Shown here piece after piece: positions 1 through 12,347 of a stretch of DNA of 64,000 nucleotides. Under the pieces are notes generated by a model that did not search any database, had not been told where the DNA came from, and saw only the letters and a program-made list of their open reading frames with translations. The translations under genes and the position numbers were made by a program. The DNA is from Octopus sinensis (taxonomy: Eukaryota), in assembly GCF_006345805.1 (NCBI RefSeq), contig NC_042999.1:55366001-55430000 (forward strand), given 5' to 3'. How positions within the stretch are numbered: position 1 is the first letter of the stretch; each line of letters starts with the position of its first letter.

Positions 1-215
1 TGTTTAGCCCTTTGTGGGTAGTAAAGAAATAGGTATTTCGTCTTCCGCTACGTTCCGAGTTCAAATTCCGCCGAGATCAACTTTTCCTTTAATCCTTTCG
101 GGGTCGATTAAATAAATACCAGCTACGCACTGGCGTTGATGTAACCGATTTAATCCCTTTGTCAGTCCTTGTTTATCCCCTCTATGTTTTTATCCCTTAT
201 GGGCAATAAGGAACT
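1..215 (+). mobile_element. tRNA-derived SINE (family N, Nin/Deu-like central domain), internal multimer unit
   Basis: B-box-like GAGTTCAAATTCC, then ccttt-atcctttcggggtcgat-aaat-agtaccag core and ccc-ttgtggg...aagaa tail; same motifs recur >20 times in the window. Confidence 0.8.
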
Positions 216-235
216 AAAAATGACGTGGGTTAGAT

Positions 236-445
236 AGGTGGTGAGCTGGTAGCAGCGTTAGCACGCGGGATAAAATTCTCAGCGATATTTCTTTCGGTTT
301 TTCGCCCCGAGTTAAAAAACGGCCGAGGTTGATTTTACCTTTCGTCATTTCGGGGTCGATAAAATAAGTTACTCGTCGAGCACTGGGGTCTATGTAATCG
401 ACTGGTCCCCTCCGATAAACTTTCAGGCCCTTTGTCTACAGTATG
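236..445 (+). mobile_element. SINE family N, diverged monomer
   Basis: Head ggtggtgagctggtagcagcgttagcacg, core tttcgtcatttcggggtcgataaaataag, tail aaactttcaggcc. Confidence 0.75.
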
Positions 446-1263
446 TTACAGCTCCAATACATATTCCAGAAAAGCAGGAGGACGGGTAACGAAATAATCG
501 GTTCTTATTTGCCGACACAAACCACAACTAGTTTCCTCAGATTCCCTTCTGTACTAAAGTAGAGGCAATTTACATGTTTGGCTTTAAATAATATATTTAT
601 AAGCAAGAGGACACTCGAGAGATTATGAAAAGGCATTATGTGATGTGGCCTGCTATTATATCCGCTTGGAGGAAACGATCAGATTGTGTGATTGCCTTCG
701 GTATTCGTTAAACTATTTTTGCAAAGAAAGAGTCAATCTTTAAAGACTTAGGAATTCTCTTAAATTCAAGCAACAATGAATTAATAGACTAACATACTAA
801 ACTAAAGGTTCTCTATGTTTACTGTCCCGTGTTTAAATTTCGTTTGCAGGTTTGCTGAACATCTCGCCTCTGCAAGGTTACTCTGTTAACAAAGAAGCCT
901 AACAATGGCTTTAGGTGTGATTATGAAGCAATAATCGGAAACCACAGGTTTAGCATCGTAAATAGTCTTTTTAATGTTATATAATATTATACACTCGAAT
1001 GGTTTCTTTTAGAAGACATAGCGAAGTCTGATCAAGCGGAACAGTTAGTAAAGTCGGTCAAGACTGAGTAGAAAGCCGTGGGAAAACAGGACTGTTGTCA
1101 CAGACTCAAACTGCTTTAACTACAAGGAAGATTTACGCTTGGTTAACTAATGTCATGCAAGTACAGTTAATGATACTGATGGTGATGATGATGATGATGA
1201 TCGTAACGCAGAGAAAGGCAATAATAATAATACTGGTAATAATGATAATAATGATGATGATAA

Positions 1264-1311
<48 letters not shown>

Positions 1312-1314
<3 letters not shown>

Positions 1315-1470
1315 GCGACTACATTACCCATTGTTATTGGGGCACTTGGAATGATATCGAAAGGAGTAAACAAATATACTGACAAAATTAGAGGCGGCCC
1401 CAAAATAAGTGAACCGCAAAAGATTATACTGATGGGTATCTCACATATTTTATGTAAATTCCTCTCCATG
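1312..1470 (+). mobile_element. R4/Dong-type RLE non-LTR retrotransposon, 3' fragment
   Basis: Translates KATTLPIVIGALGMISKGVNKYTDKIRGGPKISEPQKIILMGISHILCKFLSM*, matching the C-terminus of the element at 12.7-14.2 kb; preceded by (AAT)n. Confidence 0.75.
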
Positions 1471-1659
1471 TAAATACAATCTTATTCAGATCTCTTTTAT
1501 TATAAATTTTATAAAGAAGTTTATTTTATTTATTTATTTTTAACACAGACTATAATTCTTTTCAGTTGCGTCGCATCCCACCTGTTCGTATCTTTACATA
1601 CAAAAATTTTGTCCATTGAAGAAGTCTCTGGTTGAAATTTGGGTGCAGCTTGTATAAAT

Positions 1660-1671
1660 CAAGCAAAGGCA

Positions 1672-1702
<31 letters not shown>

Positions 1703-1704
1703 TA

Positions 1705-1740
<36 letters not shown>

Positions 1741-1853
1741 TGATGATGATGATAATAATAATAATAATAATAATAATGATAATAATAATAATAATAATAA
1801 TGATAATAATAATAATCAAAATAATAATGATAATTATAATAATAATAATAATA

Positions 1854-1893
<40 letters not shown>

Positions 1894-2010
1894 AAGAAAA
1901 AGACGAAGAAGAAGAAGAAGAAGAAGAAGAAGAAGAAGAAGAAGAACAACAACAACAACAACACAACAACAACAACAACAACAACAACAAGCACAACAAT
2001 AATAATAATA
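1660..2010. repeat. Compound microsatellite (AAT)n-(GAA)n-(CAA)n
   Basis: Direct reading; repeated nearly identically at 2546-2906. Confidence 0.95.
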
Positions 2011-2545
2011 CCAGGTAGTGGCTCTCATGGCTTCTGATCTTAACTGATTGAAAGTGTTATCATGTACATTGTTTTGTCTCGGTATAAAAGATGGGCTACA
2101 GCAAATATTCTGCTCAATACCACAGATTTGCTTGTCAGTTGTTTGACCGTAACCAATTGAGCATTTCCCTTGGTGGTTGACGATATGTGCATCTCTGATC
2201 ACAAGCAGAAGTAGTGGGGGAGCATCATAGCCATGTGTTGATAGGGATTGTTTGGGGTTTGAATAATTCACCTCCGGAACCATGGGTGTTTCGTTCAACA
2301 TCTTTAAACAACCCTTATTCAGAGACATTTTGAGTGGGTGGGCTACTCGACTTGAAGAAAATTCTAACTGGGCTCCACCTGTAAGGTCATGAGCTGTTTA
2401 TCTTGATATGAGATCACCATGTTGCGCACATATGGTTGTGATGCATGTGCCTAGTGTACCCTTATCAGACGGGTAGTCATGATGGGTATACTGGGCTTCG
2501 TATATTTTACCCCAGTGTCACTTTGATGGCATGCACTGCTCTCTC
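2011..2545 (+). mobile_element. ~530-bp non-coding (AAT)n-resident retroposon-like element, copy 1
   Basis: ccaggtagtggc...gatggcatgcactgctctctc followed by (AAT)n; four copies in the window. Confidence 0.8.
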
Positions 2546-2604
2546 ATAATAATAATAATAATAATAATAATATAATAATAATAATAATAATAATATAATA
2601 ATAA

Positions 2605-2636
<32 letters not shown>

Positions 2637-2730
2637 TGATGATGATGATAATAATAATAATAATAATAATAATGATAATAATAATAATAATAATAATGAT
2701 AATAATAATAATCAAAATAATAATGATAAT

Positions 2731-2761
<31 letters not shown>

Positions 2762-2906
2762 TAATAATAATAATATAATAATAATGAGAAGAAAAAGACG
2801 AAGAAGAAGAAGAAGAAGAAGAAGAGAAGAACAACAACAACAACAACAACAAACAACAACAACAACACAAACAACAACAACAACAAGCACAACAATAATA
2901 ATAATA

Positions 2907-3433
2907 CCAGGTTAGTGGCTTCATGGCTTCTGATCTTAACTGATTGAAAGTGTTATCATGTACATTGTTTTGTCTCGGTATAAAAGATGGCTACAGCAAA
3001 TATTCTGCTCAATCCACAGATTGCTTGTCAGTTGTTGACCGTAACCAATTGAGCATTTCCTTGGTGGTTGACGATGTGCATCTCTGATCACAAGCAGAAG
3101 TAGTGGGGGAGCATCATAGCCATGTGTTGATAGGGATTGTTTGGGGTTTGAATAATTCACCTCCGGAACCATGGGTGTTTCGTTTCAACATCTTTAAACA
3201 ACCCTTATTCAGAGACATTTGAGTGGGTGGGCTACTCGACTTGAAGAAATTCTAACTGGGCTCCACCTGTAAGGTCATGAGCTGTTATCTTGATATGAGA
3301 TCACCATGTTGCGCACATATGGTTGTGATGCATGTGCCTAGTGTACCCTTATCAGACGGGTAGTCATGATGGGTATACTGGGCTTCGTATAATTTAACCC
3401 CAGTGTCACTTTGATGGCATGCACTGCTCTCTC
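2907..3433 (+). mobile_element. ~530-bp element, copy 2 (tandem duplicate with its microsatellite block)
   Basis: Near-identical to 2011-2545, differing mostly by single-base deletions. Confidence 0.8.
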
Positions 3434-3495
<62 letters not shown>

Positions 3496-3533
3496 TAATA
3501 ATATAATAATAATGATAAGAAATAATAATAATA

Positions 3534-3572
<39 letters not shown>

Positions 3573-3582
3573 TAAAATAATG

Positions 3583-3622
<40 letters not shown>

Positions 3623-3693
3623 TAAGATAATAATAAATAAAATAATAATAATAATATAATAATAATAATAATATAATGATATGATAATGATAA

Positions 3694-3726
<33 letters not shown>

Positions 3727-3867
3727 AATATAATAATAATAATAATAATAATAATCGCTGAAAAGAACGGATAGTATGATACTGTAAACTGCAGGTAGCA
3801 AGCCCGCTATGCCTGCAAGACTCCAGGAGCTCCAACAAAACCTGTGATAAAGAGAAATAATAATAAC

Positions 3868-4180
3868 ATTTTCTTTATTGGCCACAAGGGCCGAACATAG
3901 AACAAAATGGACAATACAAAACAAGGGATAATTGGGACTTAGCACAAAACACGAATATACAATAAAAAAAACAATAATTAACAAAATTTAAACGATAAAA
4001 TTCCACCAAATGGGGTGGCGAGTTCTACCAGCGCCAGTCATGGAACCCTGCACATCCTGGTCACTCCGATCGTCAAGGGCACCCCAAGCAGTCACCTCAC
4101 ACCTTCTCATCTTCTCCAGCCTACGGGCGTATGTTCACATGGATCGTCCTCGCCACATTCACTCACCTTTCAACAAAAAT
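3868..4180 (-). mobile_element. Tx1/L1-clade retrotransposon 3' end
   Basis: Minus strand encodes FVERxVNVARTIHVNIRP* and ends gcccttgtggccaataaagaaa, like the 3' end at 29320-29346. Confidence 0.6.
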
Positions 4181-4289
4181 ACTGGGGGACAGAACTTCCC
4201 ACTCCTCCTCACCATTTCAAGTGGAACTTCCACATGTCCCCATCCAAACTAATCAAAACGTGCCATAACAAAGGGTCCCTAATACTGTA

Positions 4290-4740
4290 CATATATTTAC
4301 TTCTTTATTGCCCACAAGGTGGGGGCTAAACATAGAGGGGACAGACAAAGGGAATAAGTCGATTACATCGACTCAGTGCGTAACTGGTCCTTATTTGATC
4401 GACCCCAGTGCGTAACTGATGATTATTTAATCGACCCCGAAAGAATGAAAGGTAAAGTCGACCTTGGCAGAATTTGAACTCAGAACGTAACGGCAGACGA
4501 AATACCTATTTCTTTACTACCCACAAGGGGCTAAACACAGAGAGGACAAGCAAGGACAGACAAACGGATTAAGTCGATTACATCGACTTCAGTGCGTAAC
4601 TGGTACTTAATTTATCGACCCCGAACGGATGAAAGGCAAAGTCGACCTCGGCGGAATTTGAACTCAGAACATAAAGACAGACGAAATACTGCTAAGCATT
4701 TCGCCCGGCGCGCTAACGTGTCTGCCAGCTCGCCACCTTA
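4290..4740 (-). mobile_element. SINE family N multimer
   Basis: Head revcomp of ...gccagctcgccacc at ~4735; repeated core units. Confidence 0.85.
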
Positions 4741-5864
4741 TACTGTAAATCTATTGTATATTAAATGATGGCTGGGGGCTCAAAGCGCAATACTATTCAT
4801 TAAAGTAGAGTTAAATTTAGTACACAATCAAATGTAAACAAACATAAGAGACTTAATAATTGACTGGTATTGCGAATGACTGGAAGCACTATTAAACTGA
4901 ATTAGCCTCTGCTATTCGCAACACCAAAGAATGTTTTCCACTATTTTCCTATATATTGGAGGCGACAAATCTTGCTTAAGCATGTATTGGCTGCAAGTAC
5001 AATACATAACGAGGCCCAACAAGGCTGAAGTGGCTTTGGCGTTCTCCGTTAGCCGCTGCTGGGACGACTTTGTCTCCCTTCGATACATATTGTTTTCTAA
5101 AACACAGCCTGTTCATAAGAGATGTTATCTCTGAATGATTATCTTCGTGAAATTTATTCCCCAGCGATGTATGTACGTAAGCTAGGGTACATTGATAGCT
5201 ATTTTAATCTAATACTGCTTCCATTGCATAAAGCGGATTTTTATTCAGCTGGGCGGTCATTAGCAACATCAGTAAATGTTTATTTACCGTTTACCTATAA
5301 ATCGGTGACAACAAATCTTGTTTAAGTGTGTATTGGCTGTATGTACACGCCATTGACATGGTTCAGTGAAATCGAAATACATCCGACGTTTACGCCGGCT
5401 GTTGCTGGGCGACTTTTGTCTCCTTCCGTATGTTACATATATATATGTTATATCTTGATACTGTGTAGAATAAGATCCCCGTTGACAGACTGCTGGTATT
5501 TATAGTGTTAAACATTTTCGGTATGCAAATTAGGGACTCCTTCATAGAGTATCTGTTGCATTTGGTGAGGATACAAACAGTTTGGCTGCTTGTTTCTCTG
5601 GAGACTGTCAGAATGATGTAGACGCCTCTGATGAGAACCCAATAACGGTCGAAAATCGATTAAGATTGTCTATAATTTTTTCAGTCTACGGAGAAATGGC
5701 TAAAATTTGTCCTGTTTATAATTATACCATATGTTACACACACACACACACACACACACGCATATATATAAGGAGAGAAAATAAAGAATGTGTAGGGGTC
5801 AGCGAACTATCATATATATATATATATGATAGTTCGCTAGCCACTACACATTCTTTATATATAT

Positions 5865-6050
5865 GATAGTTCGCTAGCCACTACACATTCTTTATTTTCT
5901 CTACTTGTTTTTTTGTGTTCCTTTCTGTGGAAGAGCGTAGGCTCGAAACGTTAAAGACTCTTTCACTTCCCGAGCGTTAAACTAATAATACATCTGTTTG
6001 TTGTGTACACCACCTGCCTTGTCTTTTGTATTTTTTTGTGATTCTCCCTA
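5865..6050 (+). mobile_element. Penelope-like pLTR-derived short element (family A) with hammerhead-like motif
   Basis: cttt-ctgtgga-a-gagc-gtag-gctc-gaaacgtt-aaag at 5921-5956; flanked by (AT)n; homologs at 28.0, 33.1 and 33.4 kb. Confidence 0.6.
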
Positions 6051-6055
6051 TATAT

Positions 6056-6142
<87 letters not shown>

Positions 6143-6589
6143 ATCAAAATAACAAGGATATCCAAGGTAGAGTAGTACAATTGTTTCATGTTACTTCATT
6201 TTATTAAACACTGTAAATATTATATCAGTTTTAAAATGTCGAGCAATCTTCAGCCACATACAGCTTTTTTTCAATTAAACGGACAATCCACATTCTTATA
6301 CTTATTTCTACCTTGGATGTCCTTGTTGCTTATTTTGATTATAATCATCCCTTTTGATTTATATGGATAATACCATACAAAATTCTGGTGCCTTTAACTT
6401 AAGTACCATATTCATCTGAATCTAAATTTTGCTGAACTTCTATATATATATTGTTGTTGTTGAATACAGTATGTTCATAGATGTTATCTCTGGATGATTA
6501 CCTCAGTAAAATTGCCTTTCAACGATGTATTTACATGTTGTAGGATAGACGGATGGCTATGTCTTTCATTTTTTTTTTATCTTTTAATT

Positions 6590-6980
6590 ATTTCAGTCAT
6601 CGGAACACGACGATGCCGGAGCAGCACCCTGAAAGGTTTTATCCCAATAAATCGCCCCCAGTACTTCTGTTTCGAAAATCTATTACTTATTCTATCAGTC
6701 TTTTCTGCCGAACCGCTACGTTACAGAGGATGTAAACACGCCAACACTGATTGTCGAGCGACGGTGGGCAATAAACACAAACACAAACACAAATACACAC
6801 ATACATACATACATACATACATACATATCCGTATATAAACAACCGCCTTCTTTAAAGCTTTCGTCTACTAAAGTCACTTACAATGTATTGGTCGGCCCAG
6901 GGTTACAGTAGAAAGCACTTGTCCACGCCATCGCGTATTGTAACTGAACCCAAAATAATGTGGTTGCAATTCCAGCTTCT
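6590..6980 (-). mobile_element. CORE-like tRNA SINE (family C, OR-like) with internal microsatellite
   Basis: Reverse complement of the 8618-9045 element, diverged. Confidence 0.8.
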
Positions 6981-7364
6981 TAACCCCTTATTTACACACG
7001 TCACTCTACTTAATATAGTAAACAGTTCCTACTTCGGCCAAATCCATTAGAGCCGGCAGCTGCCTTTTCTGAAAATCACCTTCCCCAAATCTCTTTACCA
7101 TGGAAAACTGTTTTGTTGAAATAAGGGATCTGGCGAAACCATTCCACAGATGGCAAAACCATTCCTGTTCATTCACTCTACGTTTGTTCTAGTATTTGCT
7201 AATATTGTTGTTGTTGTTGTTGCTGTAGTTGCTAGTGGTGTTGTTTCTTATGCGTTTCTTTTTTTTTTTTACATTTTATTTATTTATTCATTTATTTACT
7301 TATTTCGCCTTAATGCTATACGCTGACAAGTCAAAACACTGAAACTATAGCTACACACATATAA

Positions 7365-7456
7365 TTACATATATACATACATAAATGTATGTACACACAC
7401 ACACACCACACACACACACACACATACACACACACATATATGTATATATACGTTTA

Positions 7457-7497
<41 letters not shown>

Positions 7498-7588
7498 TAT
7501 GTACATATATACATATATATTATATGTATATTATTATATATATATATATATATATAACATATTATATGTACATATATATACATATATA

Positions 7589-7619
<31 letters not shown>

Positions 7620-7721
7620 ATATACATATTATATGTACATAATATACATATATATTATATGTATATATAATTATATATATATACATATTATATGTACATA
7701 TATATACATATATATTATATG

Positions 7722-7772
<51 letters not shown>

Positions 7773-8090
7773 TATATATATATTATATATATATATACTT
7801 GTGTGTATATATTTGTATATGTATGTATATATAATATTTATGTGTTGTGTGTGTGTCCCCGCGTGTATGTATATATGTATATACATATGTGAGTGCATAT
7901 GTATCTAGGAATATATGTTCATCTCTACATGCGTGTGTAACGGCGGTTGCGTGTCAATGTATGTGTGTGTATGCGCGTACGCGTGCGTGTGCGCGTCTAT
8001 GCGTGGTGCGTGCGCACGCGCGTGTGCGTGCAGGTGCGTGTGTCCGTGTGTGTGTGTCTGTGTGCGTAATAATGCGCTTCGCCGCACAAA
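7365..8090. repeat. (AT)n/(CA)n/(GT)n compound microsatellite
   Basis: Direct reading. Confidence 0.95.
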
Positions 8091-8272
8091 CCAACCAGCC
8101 AGCCAGCCAGCTAGCCAACAAACCTACCAGCCAACCATAATTTACGAAATGACGTAAACAATGGCTATATTGCTGAAAAGTCAACGAGTGTAGACAGCTG
8201 CGCAATTTTAATTGACATGTGAGAAAGGTCACTGTATCATTTGATAAGCCCAGCTAGTAGTATTGTTACAAG

Positions 8273-8386
8273 GTACTCGATCACCAATGCTGGCTGAGTT
8301 TCTGGTGGAGAGTTCTTCGAATAGGAAAGCACTACTTACCAAATATTTAGGCAATCAGGACTGGCAGGCCATGATATCTTCAGAAT
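8273..8386 (+). CDS. Candidate coding exon of an unidentified gene (TRSPMLAEFLVESSSNRKALLTKYLGNQDWQAMISSE)
   Basis: AG at 8271-72, GTAAGT donor at 8387, 114 nt, one open frame, unique sequence; a competing minus-strand exon overlaps it. Confidence 0.3.
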
Positions 8387-8550
8387 GTAAGTCATTCCTG
8401 TAGAGGATTTTAGGGTTAAAGAACCTGTTTGATCCTGCGCAACAATTCCGTTGGTTGTTGCACTTGTTGACAAATAATACTTGTCAAGTTTAGACCTTTA
8501 TATGTGGGTATATGTGGGTATGTGTGTGTGTGTATGCATCTATGTGTATA

Positions 8551-8617
<67 letters not shown>

Positions 8618-8765
8618 CTGTGTGGTAAGTTGCTTGCTTACCAACCACATGGTTCCGGTTCAGTCCCACTGCGTGGCACCTTGGGCAAGTGTCTTCTACT
8701 ATAGCCTCGGGCCGACCAAAGCCTTGTGAGTGGATTTGGTAGACGGAAACTGAAAGAAGCCCGTC

Positions 8766-8808
<43 letters not shown>

Positions 8809-9043
8809 GTGTGTGTGTGTGTGTGTGCGTGTATGTTTTTGTGTCTGTGTTTGTCCCCCAAGCATTGCTTGACAACCGATGCTGGTGTGTTTATGTCCCC
8901 GTCACTTAACGGTTCGGCAAAAGACCGATAGAATAAGTTACTGGGCTTACAAAGAATAAGTCCCGGGTCAAGTTGCTCAACTAAAGGCGGTGCTCCAGCA
9001 TGGCCGCAGTCACCTAACTGAAACAAGTAAAAGAGTAAAAGAG

Positions 9044-9045
<2 letters not shown>
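8618..9045 (+). mobile_element. SINE family C, full length
   Basis: gctgtgtggtaag...ggttcagtccc head, ggcaccttgggcaagtgtctt core, (TA)n(TG)n insert, tail ...gaaacaagtaaaagagtaaaagag. Confidence 0.9.
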
Positions 9046-9081
<36 letters not shown>

Positions 9082-9115
9082 ATATATAGGTGTTGATATA
9101 TATATATATATATAT

Positions 9116-9177
<62 letters not shown>

Positions 9178-9314
9178 ACACTATATATATATCTATTTAT
9201 CTAGCTATCTATATATTTATGTATGTATGTAACTGTGTGTGTGTGCATGTATATTTTTGAAATGTCCGACGAACGGGAACAGTTTTTGTGATATTTTTGC
9301 TGCTTTTTAATATA

Positions 9315-9377
<63 letters not shown>

Positions 9378-10074
9378 AATACATGTATATATTATATATA
9401 TATATAATATATATATATATATACGTATGTGTATGTGTGTATGACGGGTTTGTGCATGTGTATGTTTGTGATAGTGTGATTATGTATGCGTGTGCTTATG
9501 TATGTCTGTGCCTGTATAGATGTGTGTGTGCGCGTGTGTTGAAAGAAACGGAAATAAAATCACAGTTTTTGCCAGTAAAAATGTCACAGCAAAAATGTCA
9601 CATTTCATTTAACCACCATAAATACTAATTAAAGTAATTAATTATTATTTTAAGTCGTTAATTAACTGACAGTGAAGGACTTGTGTACTTAATTACATAC
9701 ACTGCAGTGTCCTTAATTGGGGCGAGGGATTTACTACTAGTTTTTAGACAGTGGTGTTTAAGGAGCTGGGCAAACGGCTTTGTTTAGGGGGAGTTGGTAG
9801 GCAAACCCCATGATTTGGGGATCAGGCAGACAGCCTAGTTGGTGGAAGGGTAGATAAACACTCTGGTGTAGGGCGTTGGGTAAAAACACGGGTTGGAGTG
9901 GGTAGGGAAACACCAATTCTAGATAAGGGTGTTTCAGCAGTTAGGCAAACATTGCAGACCAGAGGTTCTCAACAAGAGTCCACACGACCCTTGGGGCTCC
10001 ATATAGAGTTTTCTTACTAAAGTTTATCTGCAATAAATTACTTCTACAATATACAAAATATTTTTTTCTACTGT

Positions 10075-10275
10075 AGGTACAAAGCCCGAAATTTTGGGGG
10101 AGGGAGCCAGTCGATTAGATCGACTCCAGTACGCAACTGGTACTTAATTTATCGACCTCGAAAGGATGAAAGGCAAAGTCGATCGCGGCGGAATTTGAAC
10201 TCAGAACGTAGCGGCAGACAAAATACCGCTAAGCATTTTGCCCGGCGTGCTAACGTTTCTGCCAGCTCGCCGCCT
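10075..10275 (-). mobile_element. SINE family N
   Basis: Head revcomp of gccagctcgccgcc at ~10273 with core and tail. Confidence 0.9.
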
Positions 10276-10369
10276 TCCAATATACAAAATATTTTAACAA
10301 TTTTTTGTACAATTCTTATTAAAATTAAATTATAAAATTGTACTGGCATTTTTTCAAATATCGAATAGC

Positions 10370-11140
10370 TTTAAGGGTCCATCCGGGTAAAGTAGGTATC
10401 ACTTATAGATAAAAATAGGGAGCTAAGCAGGCTGTTATTCGAGACCAGGAGTCACCAAAGTGGGTCTTCAGACGCCATAGAAATCGGTGAGGAATTAGAG
10501 GGATGGTGGTGGTTGATAATAGCCAAGGGGTCGAATGACCAGCTTACCCAGATGAACTGCTTGAAATAGTCAGCGCCGTGAAACTTGGGTTAATATGATA
10601 AATTTTCCCTGCAGCGAGAAGTCTGCTGTTTCTAACGTTCAAGGCCTGATTTCGTAATCTGTATCGTAATCGAAGACTGAGAGACGTGGTTGAGGGGATG
10701 CGGTCTGTCAAGTATTTGCTTATGGGAATGATCAGGCTTGTTAGGGGTGATAAGATATTAAATACATATCTCATAAACGTTTTTGCTAGCATCAGTACCC
10801 GGTACGTATTCAAGATGTGGTACGGTGGGGGTAGGGTATTAAGATATTTTAAACGCGGAGGCGATCGATGCGGAAGGAGAAGTGGCTAAAAGGGGTCGAT
10901 GGTCGAAAAGGTTTGGCGACCCCTGTTCTAGACAATGACGCTAAAATACGAAGACTGATGACTTCCAGTTTTTCCACTCCAGAAGACTGGCACCTGGAGA
11001 AAATGGTTTGTAAGTGGCCTGGATACATATGGCTGATGGGAAGAGAAGAGACACAGAGCCCGAGTGCGAGATGAAAGTATGTCTGTAGGTCGACAGTTTG
11101 GTGTGTGTTGGGGAGTAATTCCATATCAACTAGTTAGGTG
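10370..11140 (-). mobile_element. Degenerate I/Nimb/Jockey-group LINE fragment (RT C-terminus into RNase H)
   Basis: EKLEVISLRILASLSRTGVAKPFRPSTP resembles KLEVIQNRALRLITGAFRSTP; downstream PLL..R...LKY; LYPDGP near 10385 resembles RNase H IYTDGSK. Confidence 0.5.
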
Positions 11141-11576
11141 GCTTTTTTTACTCGTTGGCTGGGCGCTCACTGCAAGCTGTTAATGCTGAGTATTATGTGT
11201 GACAATGTCGTAGTGTATTTATGTATATGTGTGTGTGAGAGTGTGTGTGAGTGTGTGTGTGTTGTGTGTGTGTGAGAGAGAGAGAGAGAGAGTGTGTGTG
11301 TGTGTGTGTATGTGTATGTGTGCGTGCGTGTGAGTGAGTGTGTCTGTGTTTGCGTTTGTGTGTTAATGTGGAGGCGGTAATTTGTTTTATGCAGTTAGCT
11401 CATACTCATTGATAAAAAATTTTAAACGGGCCATAAAAGGGCCAATCCCAATGGTGGTGGGTTATGTACAATAAGAAGAGAAAGTCTACATGGAACAGTT
11501 TCACACATGACATTTTTGTGGCAAGGTCGGTGTAGAAAGGGCAACACCGTTGACCATTTGGCCTTTTGACTTTTAG

Positions 11577-11668
11577 ACCTTTTTTTGACGAATCACTGAC
11601 ACAGCTGGAAGAAAGGGTTGAAGTTATTCTCAGACAACAGGACCTGAGCTATAGTAAAATCTCCGAAG
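11577..11668 (+). CDS. Candidate coding exon (PFFDESLTQLEERVEVILRQQDLSYSKISE)
   Basis: Pyrimidine-rich acceptor cttttgacttttag, helical E/Q/L-rich frame, donor AAG|GTTAAT (weak). Confidence 0.3.
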
Positions 11669-11777
11669 GTTAATTCTCACAAAGTTTGCTACCATATATA
11701 AAGCCCCTAGTCAGAATAATCAGTCTACATGAAACAGTTTCACGCAAGACACCAACAATTCTGCCAACTCGCCGCCT

Positions 11778-11842
<65 letters not shown>

Positions 11843-11964
11843 TACTACTACTACTACTACCACTACTACTACTGATGATGATGATGATGATGATGATAAT
11901 AATAATAATAATAATAATAATAATATAATAATAATAATAATAATTGTTGTTGTTGTTGTCGTCG

Positions 11965-12285
11965 TCGATGCAGTCCTTCGGTTATATAGTATTGGTGTTG
12001 TGCTTCTAATGCAGCCACGACATCTGGTGCCGGATGAGAAGCACTTTGGGCTCTTCTATATAAAAGTGTTTTCCTATTCTTCATACCATTCTTACTTTCT
12101 AAAGACTTTTCTGGATAATTCTTGCTGCACCAAGGAAATATATTCTGTGTGTTGCACCCACTCCTGAATTAAGGCTTACTTCACCAAAGTACAAGGCTCT
12201 CACATCCACTTACCAAGTGGGTCACACTCTTTCCGCACTCTTTCCACTGTCAGCATATCTGGGTATCAGAAGTTTTATAGACGTC
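11965..12285 (-). mobile_element. Internally deleted R4/Dong-type fragment
   Basis: CxQWKECGKSVTHLVSGCESL zinc-knuckle remnant joined to LGAARIIQKSL C-terminus; bordered on its 3' side by the (AAT)n-rich block at ~11900-11960. Confidence 0.55.
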
Positions 12286-12347
12286 ATAATTCACTGAATT
12301 GGTTACGAGAGCCTGGTCTTGTGCAGTAATGATTATTATTATTATTA

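Noticed and set aside
851-915. Plus-strand acceptor with LLNISPLQGYSVNKEA*
   Set aside because: Too short to distinguish from chance
10548-10886. Long minus-strand open frame bounded by AG and GTAAGC, suggesting a host exon
   Set aside because: Adjacent frames carry LINE RT C-terminal and RNase H-like motifs, so a LINE relic is the better explanation
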